A stretch of DNA of 64,000 bases from Auanema rhodensis (GCA_964057225.1 OZ059895.1:6324001-6388000); one strand, 5' to 3'; counted from the stretch's first letter, positions 24,251 to 38,347 are shown. The notes: a model not told the origin generated them from the sequence alone. Numbers and translations: made by a program.

Positions 24251-26988
24251 GCTTTAGAATATGCTTTTTTACGCGGGCCTTGGTCTCACTACCGAATTTC
24301 GCCTTTTTGTTTGTACATATTGAGAAAATCATTCAACAAATGAACTAAATTATTCCTTAGATCCTCAAATATCTTAAACTTAGATATTCAAATAAATTTT
24401 TCATATATATGAGTGTTTTAAAATATTATATATAGCAGAATTAAAAAATATGGATCAAAATAGTTCTAGCAAAAGGGAAAAAACTTCGTCAAAATGTCTA
24501 GACAACAATGAAAAACGAGTCACCAGTATTTTGTAAAAAATACAAATTTAATTATTTTGAAATACTGAATGATTTACAATGTATAAATTTAGATTTTCAT
24601 GATTACGCAGTAGTTGTGAGACAAATGCGTCAACAGAAAACTTTAAACATTGTAAATACATTTTACACAGCAATTTCCATTGATCATTTCATTATAAAGG
24701 TTAGCAGAAAACATTGTTAGTTAAGATAGTTTGAAAAAATTCAATTTGGTATCGATATTAATTCGAATTTATTGAAGACTAATTTATTCCTCTCTAATTC
24801 GGCCTTATTCTGCTCTTTAATTCCAGAAGCAACCGCTCTTACGCAAAAAAAAAAGAAAATGAGGGTTGCGTTAGTGAAAGAGAATGTTCCAGGACAACTC
24901 AACGAAAACAAAATTCAAATATATTGTACAATAGAAGATGGTGTGGAAAATGATAAAGTTTACATTATGATTCATCACTTCCAACAAAGAAAAAATAATC
25001 TCAAAATAGTTCATAGGAGGATAGTTGAGAAGGACATACATAAATATATGATCATACTGTAGATAATGTTATCTATCATACGTCTATCCTTAAAATTTGA
25101 AAGTGTCAAGTATTGTATTATAATTTTTTCGTTTCTTTTTTTCCAATTAATCATTTGAAGAATAAACCCATTTTCATAACCCATTTTTGATCAATTTTAA
25201 AGCACTACAGTTTAAAATTTGAATAATTGCGCTCCATTGCTAAATGCGCTCCATCTGGCGCGATGAACTCTGGGTAGGCTGTTCTAGGCGGTAGCAAGGG
25301 ACGCAGAACGATTGCTCTGATCGATGACTACTCTCTGTATCTCTTATTCTCTTCCTTTTTTCTCATTTTCTCTCTTTTTCCTCCCTCTCCATACATCGTA
25401 TCAAGTCTCTTTTTTTCTTTCCTAGTTCTCTTCTTCTTTTAAGAAGTTACTGCTGTCTATATATGTGAATGTATGTATGTCTACTCGGGTGCTGTCATCG
25501 ATATGCTTTATGCTTCAACTTTTTGCCGGCTGCTGTGGCCAGTATTCGTCGTCCCTCCTTTGTCCTTGTAAATTATGACTTAAATTGACATCAAAATGTC
25601 TATTTCACCAACCCCCCCTGGAAAGCTGCTACAATCGACGAAGGACCGGTCTCTTCGTTGATATGTACCAGTTGTGCGTTTGATTGAAGCATACAGTTAT
25701 CCTGTCGTAAGATTGATGTTTGGGTGCTCACTAAATGATATTATTTGAGTGTCAAATGATGAGTCGTTGAATTTCTGCTCTTATCACATTTTTCTACTAT
25801 TGCTTTACCTTTCTTTTAAATTTTTTATCTATTTTTGGTATTCTTTAACGTTTTTAAGTGACCCATTGTATTCATTATTTTTGAAATGAAAACAAAAATG
25901 TGAATAAATGATGAAAAATTCTTTACCTTCTTCCAAAATAGTATTGTGCTCGAGTTCCCTCTGCGCAAACCATATTCGCATCTCCGTTCTTTTCTTTCCT
26001 GTTCGCTTCGTAATGTTCACTAGAGGTTATGTGGATGAAAGAACATAGAAAAAGTCAAACCACAACCTGTATTTGTAGTTTTTAAGAGGAACACTTAGAT
26101 GAATATGCTCGCCTTCCGATCTTATCTCGTTTAATCGGTAATGGATTATCTTGCTCCTTTCTTTATATTTAAAATGCTTTTTTATATATTCTCAGTTTTT
26201 AAATATATTTATACATTAAAAAACATTTGCAAATGATGATGAAGTTTTAGGATTAATAATATAATTAACAATCATAATATTTATAAGGTATTTCTGTATG
26301 TCTCCAAGCAAACACTATCATGTTTCCAAACAAGTAATGTATATAAACTGCATTTCTGATCAATTATATAACCAAATTTGATCCTTTGCATTCAATGTGT
26401 TCATTCATTTGTCAGAAAGTTATACAAAAATGCCAATCTCCTATAACTAATGACGTGTAAACTAGAGGCTGTTGATGTGCACCTTTTTAGCTTATTGTAT
26501 ATTAGTTTATTTGCTCTCAATCTTCTTTGATCATCTGTCACCATATGGTCATCATCATCGCCAATCTTCACATAGGTGAAATTATTGATTTGGAGGCAAA
26601 GCATGTGTGTGCTCTTCTAAAAACACTTGGCTTTCAGTTTACATCATGAAGTCAGGTGATTATCACTTAAGCTATTACTTGGTTCACTTCTTTTTTTTTT
26701 GGTGTCCAATATATTTTATCACACATTCTTACACATTCCAATCTATTTAGTATTGATTTGCGCTTGGTCAGACTTGTTTCGTAAGACACGAATGAGACCC
26801 CATCCCTTACATATACACTCATAGACTACAAAGGTTTAGGTTCTTCGTTCATTTCGTGTATTTCTTCATTATATATATCACATCTTGAAGTTCATATGAA
26901 TCAATGTCTTATTTTTTATTATAATCTGAGAAACCTATTTTCTCTAATTTATTATGTGTTTTTTTTTAATTTATTCATCAATTTTCAG

Positions 26989-28090
26989 ATGGCCCGCCGT
27001 CCTTATGATCTTCTCTTTAAACTTCTTTTAATTGGAGACTCAGGAGTAGGAAAGACATGCATATTGTACAGATTTAGTGATGATGCATTCAATACAACAT
27101 TTATCTCCACAATTGGTTTGCGAATACATAATTTTCTAAACATATTATTTTGTTTTTAGGTATCGACTTCAAAATTAAAACGATCGAATTGCGGGGGAAA
27201 AAGATTAAGCTCCAGATTTGGTTAGATTTTCTTTTGTTTTTTATTGAATAGATCTATTTTTGGTTGATTTTCTTATTAACCTCTTTGTGTGTTGTTTGTC
27301 CAGCATTGCACCACAATTTAGGAACAAATATGAAAATGCTTCGGAAAAACTAGAAAACCATATTGAAATAATTTGTGTTTTCCTGGTCCAAATCCAAAAA
27401 ATCTTAGTCATGTTACTCTGTCATATATAATTCTTTTCAGGGATACTGCTGGACAAGAAAGGTTCCACACTATCACTACTTCCTATTATAGAGGAGCAAT
27501 GGGTATCATGCTTGTGTATGACATAACCAATGCTAAAAGTTTCGACAATATCGCAAAGTGGTTGAGAAATATCGATGAAGTAAGTTGCTGTTTATGGAAG
27601 ACTGAATTCTCACATTTTATACTTTTGCTTTTTACTATAATATTTATTTGTTTTAGCATGCCTCAGAAGATGTAGTTAAAATGTTACTTGGGAATAAGTG
27701 TGACATGACTGAAAGACGTGTTGTTACCAAAGAACGAGGAGAGAAAATTGCTGAAGATCATAATATTAGGTATATTATCTATTGAATTGTCAAAGTACTT
27801 ATATGTAACTTTTAAGGTTTTTGGAAACATCCGCTAAGGCTAATATTCATGTAGATACAGCATTCTATGAATTAGCTGAGGCTATTCTAGATAAGGTTTG
27901 TTTAAAGTTTAATTTTCATTCTAAAAAATATTTTTATATGTTTCTTAATTCAGTTAGTATTGAAACAAGTGTCTTGTTTTCAACGTTATATCAAGAGTTT
28001 TACTTTCAGACACCTAATCAGTCTGATGAGCCACGTGTTACTGTGAATCCCATGGACTCTGGAAGATCGTCTAGTGGTGGATGCTGTTAA
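26989..28090 (+). CDS. rab-10: Rab10 GTPase
   Basis: [49 protein letters not shown]-terminal GGCC; TTTTCAG immediately before the ATG. Confidence 0.97.
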
Positions 28091-30353
28091 ATTCGAGCCT
28101 TTTTATGCTGTTATTCGTTCCGGGTCTTCCCTTGTGAAACGTAGACGAGGAAATGAAGCCACTTTACTTTGTAGTCGATCAATGTTTCAATTGCTAATAT
28201 CTGTGCATATCTTCATACATTTAGCTTCGTTTTCGAAATTTGGTCTTGATTAACTGTACCGGCTTTCTCTCCTCGGCTTGTTAGGTCATTTCATCATCGT
28301 TCTAATTGTTTCTTGCCTAGCTTCTCTATTCTCCTGTTCATTTAGCTGCTGGCAAGTTCATCTCAATATCCCCTAGATAATATCTTGATAACTGTAACAC
28401 GAGTGAACAAAAATAATATATTCCATGTAAATTAGGTGACTTTTGACGCAATTGTTCATCACAGTTTCATCTCAGAGGTTGTGCAGCTTTTTTCTTTTAT
28501 TCTTTCATTCTGCTCTTGTTGTATTCCACTACAGTCATTTAAAACCATTCTATGCTCCATGCTTGTTCTCATACAAACTTCTTCTGGCTACATGCTTTGC
28601 AGGATTTCACTGGATACATTAGGCGTATTTGACCTAAACTTCTATTCCTTCGTTATTCGCTTACCTTATTGGGGTTTACACTTACTAGTTATTTAAAGCA
28701 AAGATGTCTTGCAGAATCTTTTTGAGGTTAAATGAAACCATTAGACATAAATTTCATCTTTATTAATACTTTTGCTCTGTCCAGTTCGTGTTTACCATTA
28801 TTGTTTAATGCTACTAGTCTTCTTTTCCCAAAAGAGTTGATAATTGTTTCACTCGCAACCTACGCTGAGCTATTGGGCCGAAGTTCTACTAATAATTTCA
28901 TTTATTAAAAACATCATGTTAGAATTCATCCCTGATTCTCATAATCTGCTTAAATAATTTTAAGCGCTAATTGTTTTCCGTTTTTTAATGTAAAGGTTTA
29001 TTTTTGCTTCTTCTTTGAGTTTCTGTTTTTTTTATTTAATATTAACACAAATTATTCAACTAATATTAGAGTAAGGACTATAACTTATAGTTACAGAAGT
29101 AGATAATAATAATTTGATTTCTGTAAAGAAAACCGCTTATGAATGAATATGCCTGCCAATTCCGCCAAGTAAGTGGTCAGATGGATTAGATAATAGTTGG
29201 TTCGTACAGATGCGTGGTTATTAGAAAAGGCTATGTTGGATCGGATAACCTGTTTCATTGAAATATTTTGAGTCATAGTTTTCTCAACACTTCAACATAA
29301 GGCATAATCATCATCCTCAGATCTGAAACAACAATAGACGATAAAGAATTAGTAATTGCTATAACTACATACAGTATCGGAGAAAAAAGATAGTAAAGCA
29401 TTACTTCTCATCTCATTATCAGCATATCAAACTATGGATTTTCCATTACAAATGTTTGTTGATTTCAATATTCATTATAAAGTTCTTTATCATTTTTATT
29501 AATATTTAATACAAATTATCTGCTTCCAAAAAAAAGAAAAGAAGAAAAGATAATGCATGGCATTACAAAGAATATTGTAATCAACGTTCCTTCCATCAAT
29601 TAAAAAAAAAGATAATTTTTTGACTGAAACTAAAAATAGATTTGGTTTTACTATCTACAATCATACTTATACATAAGTTTTTGGGTCATTTTTAGATATC
29701 GGAGGTTCATCACACATGATTGTATGTACGTAAATTCCAGAAAGGGTTCTAGTTGTTGTTAGATTATGAGAATGTATGGGTACTTGATAAATTTTTGAAA
29801 TTTAATTTCAAATCTAACGGTCTGAACTGAATTACTGTTCCAGTCTAGTTGACCTCTGAAAATAACTATACATTCATTATATCCTTTCCACTCCATCTGT
29901 GCTTGAAAACTGCCCTCTGGAGGTCAGGACTGGTCTGTCAGGTACGACTGTCGACTGACTGCTGTAACTACCCCGGATGAATATTATTAGAAATATGAAC
30001 ATCTATGAAAAGCATTAGTGTTCTAATAGAAGTTGAATTGTTGACGTACTTCGCTCCAACCGTTATTCATCTTCCATTTTATGCCGCCAAAGCTTTAAAA
30101 TGACGGCCTTGTTAAGCTGGTAAAGCTTCTTCAGTTATTAGAATATTACCTGTCTTGCTAGTAATTTTCTAAAATTGGGCTTAATTGCCGTTCTTTTGAT
30201 CCGCTGAAGTATTTTTCTATTATCGGAAGACGTAACATTCAGAACAGCCTTTCCTCATTCATTTCTTCTTTGAAATTTATAAGATTTGGCAGTTTTCTTT
30301 CGAATGTGTCCATTATTTTTCAGTTATTTTCAGATTATATATCGATTAACTTA

Positions 30354-33300
30354 ATGTTTTTGATATTAATTAGTCTATTTCTACCGTATGTTGCACCTGA
30401 GTGTAGTTTTACATCTGAGTTTTGCCATTGGCAAGTGCAGCAGCCTTGGGCAATAGTCAGAGAAGCATTATTACCGTCACCGTTTGATTTACCACCCCAA
30501 TCTTTGAAATCAGGTTTTTTTTCTTTGAATTTAAAATTAATATAAAATAATTATAATAATATTTATTAAAAAACAAATACATTTTTAAGAACAACATTTC
30601 AATCTGTAAATAGCCTAAAAACTATTTTTCTAACGCTAATTCTTTTATTTGAATTAGTTTTTTTTTGCATCTTTCGCTTGTCTTGACAGGAACGTTTATC
30701 CTCCTTTTTCATTTTTCTTTTCTTTTTGTTTAGTTTTGGATATAAATAAAATTATTCATAAAATAGTAAAACATTTTGAAGATTGAGAGTATACAGGAAT
30801 TTCAATTATTGTTTCAATAATATTCCTTTTTTCTTTTTTTTCTTTTAATTTAAGTTTGTCTATTCAAATTCAAATGAATAAATGATTGAATCAGCATACT
30901 CTTGCCAATTTCATATACATTTTTGAAATTGCCTGCAGACCAAAATTCTCCTTGGCGTTTCCAATATTTATCGAATGAATTCTGAAACATAAAAATTATT
31001 CCAAAAAGAAATATTAATTTACCGTCTTTTCATTTGTCAATTTATCTACTCCAATTGAATGTATCATTGCATGTGCTCTAGCTTCAGCTTCCATGTTAGT
31101 AACAGTTCTGTGTAGCACAATGATAATAATCTCGTCACTGCTTCCCATATAAAGCAAAGTTGACAATTTTCTCTTTCAAATATAAATAATAAAATTATAA
31201 TTTACTAGAATATTGATTACCATTAGATCAGTTTTACCCTTTTCCGGAAGTATAGTTCCACTCGTCCATAAACGTGCATCAAGAACATTGTCCTTATTGA
31301 AATTTAAATTATTTTCCAAAAGATTACGAACAGTTGTCTAAAAGATTTTTAATTTTTTATATAAATTAAGTTAATTATACTTGAGGACCGTGTCCAACAT
31401 AGAATATAGAATTCACATAATCTTGATAACCGTATGGTTTACTGAGTCCTCTAGTAGGTAAATCACTCAATATGAATACAGCTGAGTTATCATACAGAAT
31501 TTCTGTTTTTCCTTTTATTCCTCTCTAAATTATTTCTTTTTAAACTTTATTTTTTATTTTAAAAAGAAATATACCATTACTACATTTTGGCCTTGTCTTG
31601 CACATGTATAAAAGAAAATCTTAGTAGCTTCAACAGGATCTACTCCAAAATCTTTAGAAATCTATATATATCTTTATAAATAAAAAATATTATTATAAGA
31701 AAGAATTTACTTGAGCACTAAGCCTAAGTCCCTTAGATAAACTATTTCGTTGGTCTTCTTCCCACGACTTATTCTTGGCCATCTGTAACAATAAACTCAA
31801 CTGTTATCTTATCATATACATTTGACTTTAAATATTCTTAGAATAATCAACTTTTTATCAATAAAATTAAAATTAATCAAGGTATTAAAAAGAATCAAAT
31901 AAACATTAAATTAAAAAATATTTAATTAAAACATTAATGTAATGTTCGTTTAAGTTTTTTCGAATATTATTTTAATCAATAATTACGAAATATTGTATTT
32001 TTTAATATTTTAATTTTGAATCAAATAATTCAAAAACTTCAACTTGAAATTAGAATAATTATTAATAAATGAGCATCTAATGAGGATTATTGATGAAAAG
32101 ACAAAAAAAAATAGTTAAAAACGTTTTTTTAATCTAATACATGTTCTTCACTTGTAACAATCATCATAAATGTATTTTCTTTAATGTTTTTATACAAAAA
32201 AAATTCACAAAAACATTAAAATTATAATGATTTGATATAATAGAAAAGAACAAATTTAATATAAAATTTATAAATCAAAAGTTTTATTTTGATTAGAATG
32301 TGAATAATGTTTTGTTAATTGAATAATGCTATTAAATCTAAAATATTTAAAAAATATTGATAAGATAAAGAGAAAAGATTACATATAGTTATATGTTAAC
32401 CAAGTTCTCTTCATAGATACTTGATAGAGAATTCAAATATGGATACTACCTGACGTCTGGTCAGACTAAGCTCCACAAGAACATTTACTGTTCATCGAGA
32501 TGCATACTGAATCTTAGCCAACGTACAACAATGACTCATTTGCGATGAAAGTGTAACACAATTTGGGGACTAAGAACATGCTCATTGATTAGAAAAGTAA
32601 TGATCTTAAACTGGATCAACAGCTTTCTTCTGGAGCATAGTCTGAATGTGTTAAACAGACGTCAATTAGTATCCATATCTGAATTCTATTAAACATCTAT
32701 GAAGAGAGCTTGGTCAACAGGCAACCATAGCTTGCGTGATTAGAAGCCAAGATAAAAAATTTAATGAATCATATCATAGAAATAAGATAAAAATCTCAAA
32801 AAAAATTTTATTGCTAGGAAGTTTAGTAAGAAAGTTTTGAACAGACACTGTATATATGAAACTAGAGACATATACTAAAATAAGAGAAGAAATCTTTTAT
32901 TTTATTCAAATATTATATTTATAGATGGAGAATTTTTATTGGCTCAAGGCTATTATGGTGTTAATAGCACTGGAACAGCTGTTAGTCCGTTGCTTGAAGG
33001 ATTCAAGGGTGGACGTTTATTATCATTCAGTTACACCAAAATAGGTGGATCAGCAGTTTTACAGGTAATATGTGACAAGTTTAATTTAAAATAAATATAA
33101 AAAGTAAAAGTCAATGTGGCTTGTGAAACTTCTATTTCATTCAATAATATTCTGATGGTTTGTATTATTTTCTTGATAAAGATGACAAAAAACTTTTTTT
33201 TATCTGAAATAGTGTGAGAGGATTGAATCATCCGATTGATTTTGAATGTTTTTTTATATAAATATATTGAATTTCAATATATACATATACATATATTCAG

Positions 33301-35397
33301 ATACAATTGAAAGAAGGTCTTAGTTATCGTACATTGGATACAATTGATATACCTTCATTACAAATATGGACAACTCGAACAACTCATGTTCCATCTACAA
33401 CACAAATTCATCAAGTATTATATATTATATATTATAATATATAATTATTAAAAATTATTTAAGATTGTATTTCGAATATCATCTGTTACGGATGGTCTTG
33501 ATACCTTTGCTATTGATAATGTTCGTTTGAGTCCTGTGCAAGGAAAGGTTATCAGCGCAGATTCGGTGTTAGATTTTATCAAAATATTTATTTTAATATT
33601 AATTTTATAAATTTCAGTTCAAATATTAATATATTAGCTGGAAATAATTTTGATGATCGTGATATCAGAAGATCACCAAGTTCAGGTTTAAGATTTTTAC
33701 TGTAGCATGAAGTTTAATCTTTTGTTTGCAGGCAACAATGCTGCAAGTATTTGTCGAGCAATTAAATGTCAATTTCAATCAAATTCATGCTTTTGGTATG
33801 ATTTTCTGGTTTAATAATCCTATTCGAAAGAATTATTTAAAGGAATTCATCTGGATTTAAAACATTAGAAGATAAAATAGTATCAGAGAATGAAGAAGGA
33901 ATTTTGAAAAGTGAACCTGTATTATTACCTATCAATGCTCATTTACAAATTAGTATATTTTCAAGGTATATCATAAATATAATATATTATAATATTATTT
34001 AAATTTAAGTGATTCTTCCTTAGTATCAATCTATCAAAAAACAGGATCAGATGAAGTTTTACTTTGGTCTCAAGGTGGCGTACCGTTACCTGGCTGGAAC
34101 AGTTTTAGAATTCCCATCAAGTTTGTACAAAGTTTTAATTTTAAAACTTTGTTTCATATTAGATATGTTGCATTACCATCATCATTTGTTATCCGATCAT
34201 CATCAACTTCTGGAAACTTCTTGGCTATTTCTCAAACAAATCTTGTTGATGAGAAAGGTCGTGATCTTGCTTGTGGTAATTGACTTTAATCATCTTATCT
34301 CTCATGAATTTAACTTTAGGACTAAACACACCTGTTATCAAGCCTCATCATGATGATACTGTTCGTTTAACTGCTTTACAACAGATTAATGATAATATTC
34401 CAATGGTTGGTTATACAAACTATGAATTTATCTTCTTATCTTCTATTTTCAGAATCCTAATGTTGCATCGATCCCGTTTCCTCCTCCTCATGTCTTTGGA
34501 ACATCACGTCCTGTGACAATACCTGCTGTTCAATTCCCTCCACTGCTGAGCACAACAACTGCTCCTAATCCTATTCCTATTCTACGATTTGGAGATGTTT
34601 CACGTTCAAACTTTGCTGCTATGCCCATATCACCAGCTACGGTACAACATTAATTCTTGAATTCAGTTCCTATCTGTGATTTAGGTTAGCTCTTCATCTC
34701 ATGATTCAATAGGATTTCATAGTCCAGTTATAAGAGCTGCTTCTATATCTCAAACAGAAAAAATACAAAACTTCCAACCTGTAACAGATCAACCACTGGT
34801 AGCTCAAACAAGTAGCTCATTGAACCATTTGCTGTCAGCTGCTTTTGGTCGTCAAGTAAGCGCAGATGAAGTTACAAAATTAAAACAATTAGCTAAGGTT
34901 TCATTTTTGTTTCTTTTTATATTTCAATTGAACTTATTTTTTAGAATTTTGGAATTCATGATTTATCTTCTCCTCGCTTAAGCGCCTTGCTGTCTGCTGG
35001 TAAGAAGTTACAAGGACTTCCAGGATTCTTTCCATCCGGTCCTGTTTCAACATCAGCTATTTCTAGCAAAGATGGAGCAATTTCGCCAATAAATAAAGAA
35101 TTACAGGTATTGTAGTCTTGTTCATTGAAATAGAAAAAGTAAATTTATTCAGAATTTAATCAATTCTGTTCCAAAGGAACAACTTTCATTATTATCTCAC
35201 TTACCACCTAGTATTAATGAAGCTATTGCTTCACGAATTAATAAAATACTTCAGTAAGTTCAATTGAAAATATTTTTTTTAAAATTTCAATTATTTCTAG
35301 AAATCCGTCAAAAAGCGAATCTCGACACTTTGCGAGAAATGTTGATTATGCTCTTCAAAGAGCTTTTAATGATTATGTAGCAAATTCAAGACCATAA
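30354..35397 (+). CDS. Secreted MAM-domain protein with Pro/Ser/Thr-rich C-terminal half
   Basis: Signal peptide, then CSFTSEFCHW..., SPLL, FAIDNVRLSP, a second CQFQSNSCFW repeat, and GWNSFRIP. The first intron (~30514-32923) is 2.4 kb. Confidence 0.78.
30850..31782 (-). CDS. Nested stand-alone LEM-3/ANKLE1-type GIY-YIG domain protein, apparently catalytically degenerate
   Basis: Six exons, all phase-0 GT-AG introns, intact ORF: VFILSDLPTRGL...YVNSIFYVGHG...EAEARAHAMIHSIGVDKLTNEK...EIGKSMLIQSF*. It lies inside intron 1 of the MAM gene, antisense. Confidence 0.8.
32383..32730. mobile_element. MITE-like element with long imperfect terminal inverted repeats
   Basis: Left arm GTTAACCAAGTTCTCTTCATAGAT..GAATTCAAATATGGATACTA..GACGTCTG..TCAGACTAAGCTCCA is the near reverse complement of right arm TGGAGCATAGTCTGA..CAGACGTC..TAGTATCCATATCTGAATTC..ATCTATGAAGAGAGCTTGGTCAAC; no ORF. 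Confidence 0.75.
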
Positions 35398-35686
35398 TAT
35401 AACTTTCCTAAATGTAATTTTTGAATTTCAAAACTAAGCAAATCCAATTTAATATTTTATTTCCTAATATTCACTTAAGGAAAATTGTCTTTCAATCATT
35501 ATCAAATCAGTCAATTTCTTGTAGTTGATCTCTCTTTTCAATTTTTAGGAATAAATTTTTATATTGAATATAAAAAATATTTTCCAAATTGTACATTTTA
35601 TTTTTATATCTTCAATAAAACTTTTTTTATTATTTATTATCAATGGCTTTTACAACATGACACAGCTCTAAAACATTGTTACCGTG

Positions 35687-35758
35687 TCCTCGGTAGTATA
35701 GTGGTGAGTATCCGCGTCTGTCACATGCGAGACCCGGGTTCAATTCCCGGCCGGGGAG
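35687..35758 (+). tRNA. tRNA-Asp(GTC)
   Basis: TCCTCGGTAGTATAGTGGTGAGTATCCGCGTCTGTCACATGCGAGACCCGGGTTCAATTCCCGGCCGGGGAG: 72 nt, A and B boxes, GTC anticodon, followed by a T-run terminator. Confidence 0.97.
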
Positions 35759-35852
35759 AAATTTTTGTGCTTTTTGTGAATTTTATTTATTAAATATTAT
35801 ACCAAGAAAGAAGTATAATACCAATTACCCAATGGGTTATTTTTTTCTTACC

Positions 35853-36115
35853 AAACTCCTGGCTTGATTCGAAATGTTTCTCGGAATAGGGGTTTTTTCT
35901 CTTCGGCTCTCTAGCTCTTCGGTTTTCTGGCTCCTCGGTCTTCTGGCTTCTTAGTCTTCGGGCTCCTCAGTCGTCTGCCTCCCCGGTCCAGTAGCTCCTC
36001 GGTCTTCTGGCTCCCCGGCCCAGTGAGGTCCTGTGGGGTTCTCGGTCCGTGTCACCTCAGTCCTGGTCCTGTGGCTCCTTGGTCCTCGTCGAATAGCTCC
36101 TCTGTTTGTGGTGGG
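35853..36115. repeat. Degenerate GC-rich minisatellite, ~16-nt unit (GGCTCCTCGGTCTTCT)
   Basis: Many imperfect copies, e.g. ggctcctcggtcttct, ggcttcttagtcttcg, agctcctcggtcttct, ggctccccggcccagt. Confidence 0.75.
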
Positions 36116-38344
36116 CTCTTTAACTTTTGTCTTTCTTTATGATCTGTTTATAACAACCTATGGGATTCGATTTTGAACTGGTTGAGTTCCGCCATCTTAT
36201 CCTTTCGGCTATTAAGCACATTCACATATATATGATTGGTAATTATATGATAAAATAAAAAGTGTAGATAGCATATAAACCATGGTGGGTTATGTTTAAG
36301 GCGTAATAACCCGTTGATATGATGATATTTTCAAATTTTATAAGTTTTTCTGATTCTATATGATAAGATTTCATATATTTAAGTTCCTCAGTACTTAAAT
36401 TTTTATTGTTAATTAAACTTTTTAATAAAATAATACCAGAAACCAATAGTCTTTGAAGGCCCACTCCACTGATGCGGTACCAGGATTTCAATTTGACACT
36501 TGAACTCTACTCTAACCGATTAGCAGCATTTCACGTGTACTCTATACGAGTAAATTTGTCATTTTTCTAACATAAATGAACGGTTGCGGTTGCTTTTCTT
36601 CAATTTCAATAACATTTTTCATAGTTTTGTCTGTTAAACAAGTGTTTTTAAGCTCAGACCACATCGTGGGAGTCCAGTCATCGGATTCTCCAGCTCTCCT
36701 TTTTGGGGTCCTGATTGATTTCGTGTTCTTACACAGAGGTTACAGGTACGCCTTGGCTTTGGATGGCTTCATGTAGGCTGGACCAGAGTCTACATATACA
36801 ACTTTTATTTTTTTTGGGCTTCAGGAGCAGAAACACCTCTTTCAAAATTAGAAAAAATTACGTGGCACATATAAAAGTAGGCTTAAAAGTTTTTCAAAAA
36901 GTTTTTTCGGGGGTAATAAATTAATACTAAAAACTTTTTTTTCTTTTATTATGTTTAAATATATTCTAATTTTATAATTAATTTAAAACATTTAAAAATA
37001 TTCGTTAGATTAACATATTTTTTTCAAATTTTTATTATCAGCCACGTAATTATTGACACATCTTATTTTTGTTAAAGATCTATTGCACAACACCCAGTTC
37101 ATGTACGGTGAAATGAATAGTGTGCACCCTGTTTGCCATGTCATATTTGGTTTAAACCCAGTACTCAAAGGTATGTAGGGGATTTCAAACATGTAAATGT
37201 TTAAAATAAACTAAATATTTGGAATGTTCGGTTGGGGTTATCCAACTGGACGAAATTGATTAAGACAAGATGTTGTTTGAGTTATAACTTTCAAAATCAT
37301 TTTAACTATTAATGCTTTTCTTCTGTACTCTCTGTTTTAACAATTAATTTCAATTCAAAAACAAGAAAAAAGAATAATTTTTATTTATAAAACCACGATA
37401 TAAAACTCTTTGATATCTTAATACTGGCGACTTTTTCGAAATCTCCAAGGAGTAGGAAGACGCCGGTAATTTGGGATTACTTTCAGGGACTATAGCATTT
37501 GTTGTTCTCAAGTTGTCCATAAATGGAAAAAAAACAGAAACAAACAAACAAAGAAAATATGAAATATCGATTTTTTGGGGAGGGGTGATTCGAGAGGAAA
37601 TAGTTTCGAAGACCTAGTAATAACCATTTTGGTTGAGCAGTTAGAAACAATTATCCTAATAATAATAATAAAAATAAAAAAATTATACAAAGTAGCGGAG
37701 AAGAAGAATAGTATAATCAAAAAAAATATAATATAATATCCGTATACCAGAGGAACAGTTCAATAGCAAAGAAGCATAATGTTCAATTTTTGCCTTAAGC
37801 GGTTGAGGGAGTGAAGGGAGAGAGAGAGAGAGAGAAGCAGAGAATAGAATGAGGAAGCGAAATCTTTTGTTTTTTCAAATTAAAAACAAATATGATTGTT
37901 AATAGAGCAATCCACAACCTAATCAGAGTGTCTAAAGTCATTGAAGATAACTACTTTCCTGTAAAATGAAGAAAATATAATGAATAAGAGATATTCTTAT
38001 TTGAAATAAGAATAAAACTCATCAAATTAGACTTCATTATAGAAAATGGAATAAAGAAATGAATGCGCAGACTACTAATATATAATTAATTTGAAATTGT
38101 TGTTGAGTTTATATATATATATATAGTCGATATAAACAAAAAAATTAATTGTTTTCTACTGGATTAAATTAGTAACGAAAATTCAAAATTATATTTACAA
38201 TGTGTAAAAGTTCGGATGTAGTAGTAATCGTCCAATAAACCCGTATCTGGAAGAAGCGCCAAATGGATTTTGAGAGAACACGTTACGGAAAAAACTAACA
38301 ACAATTTTTGTTAAGTAAGAGAAATATTTAACGAGGCACTGGGT

Positions 38345-38347
<3 letters not shown>

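Noticed and set aside
31718-31728. CTAAGCCTAAG telomere-like sequence
   Set aside because: Fewer than two repeat units, inside a coding exon of the nested gene; chance.
35485-35793. 102-aa ORF
   Set aside because: Spurious frame running through the tRNA-Asp gene.
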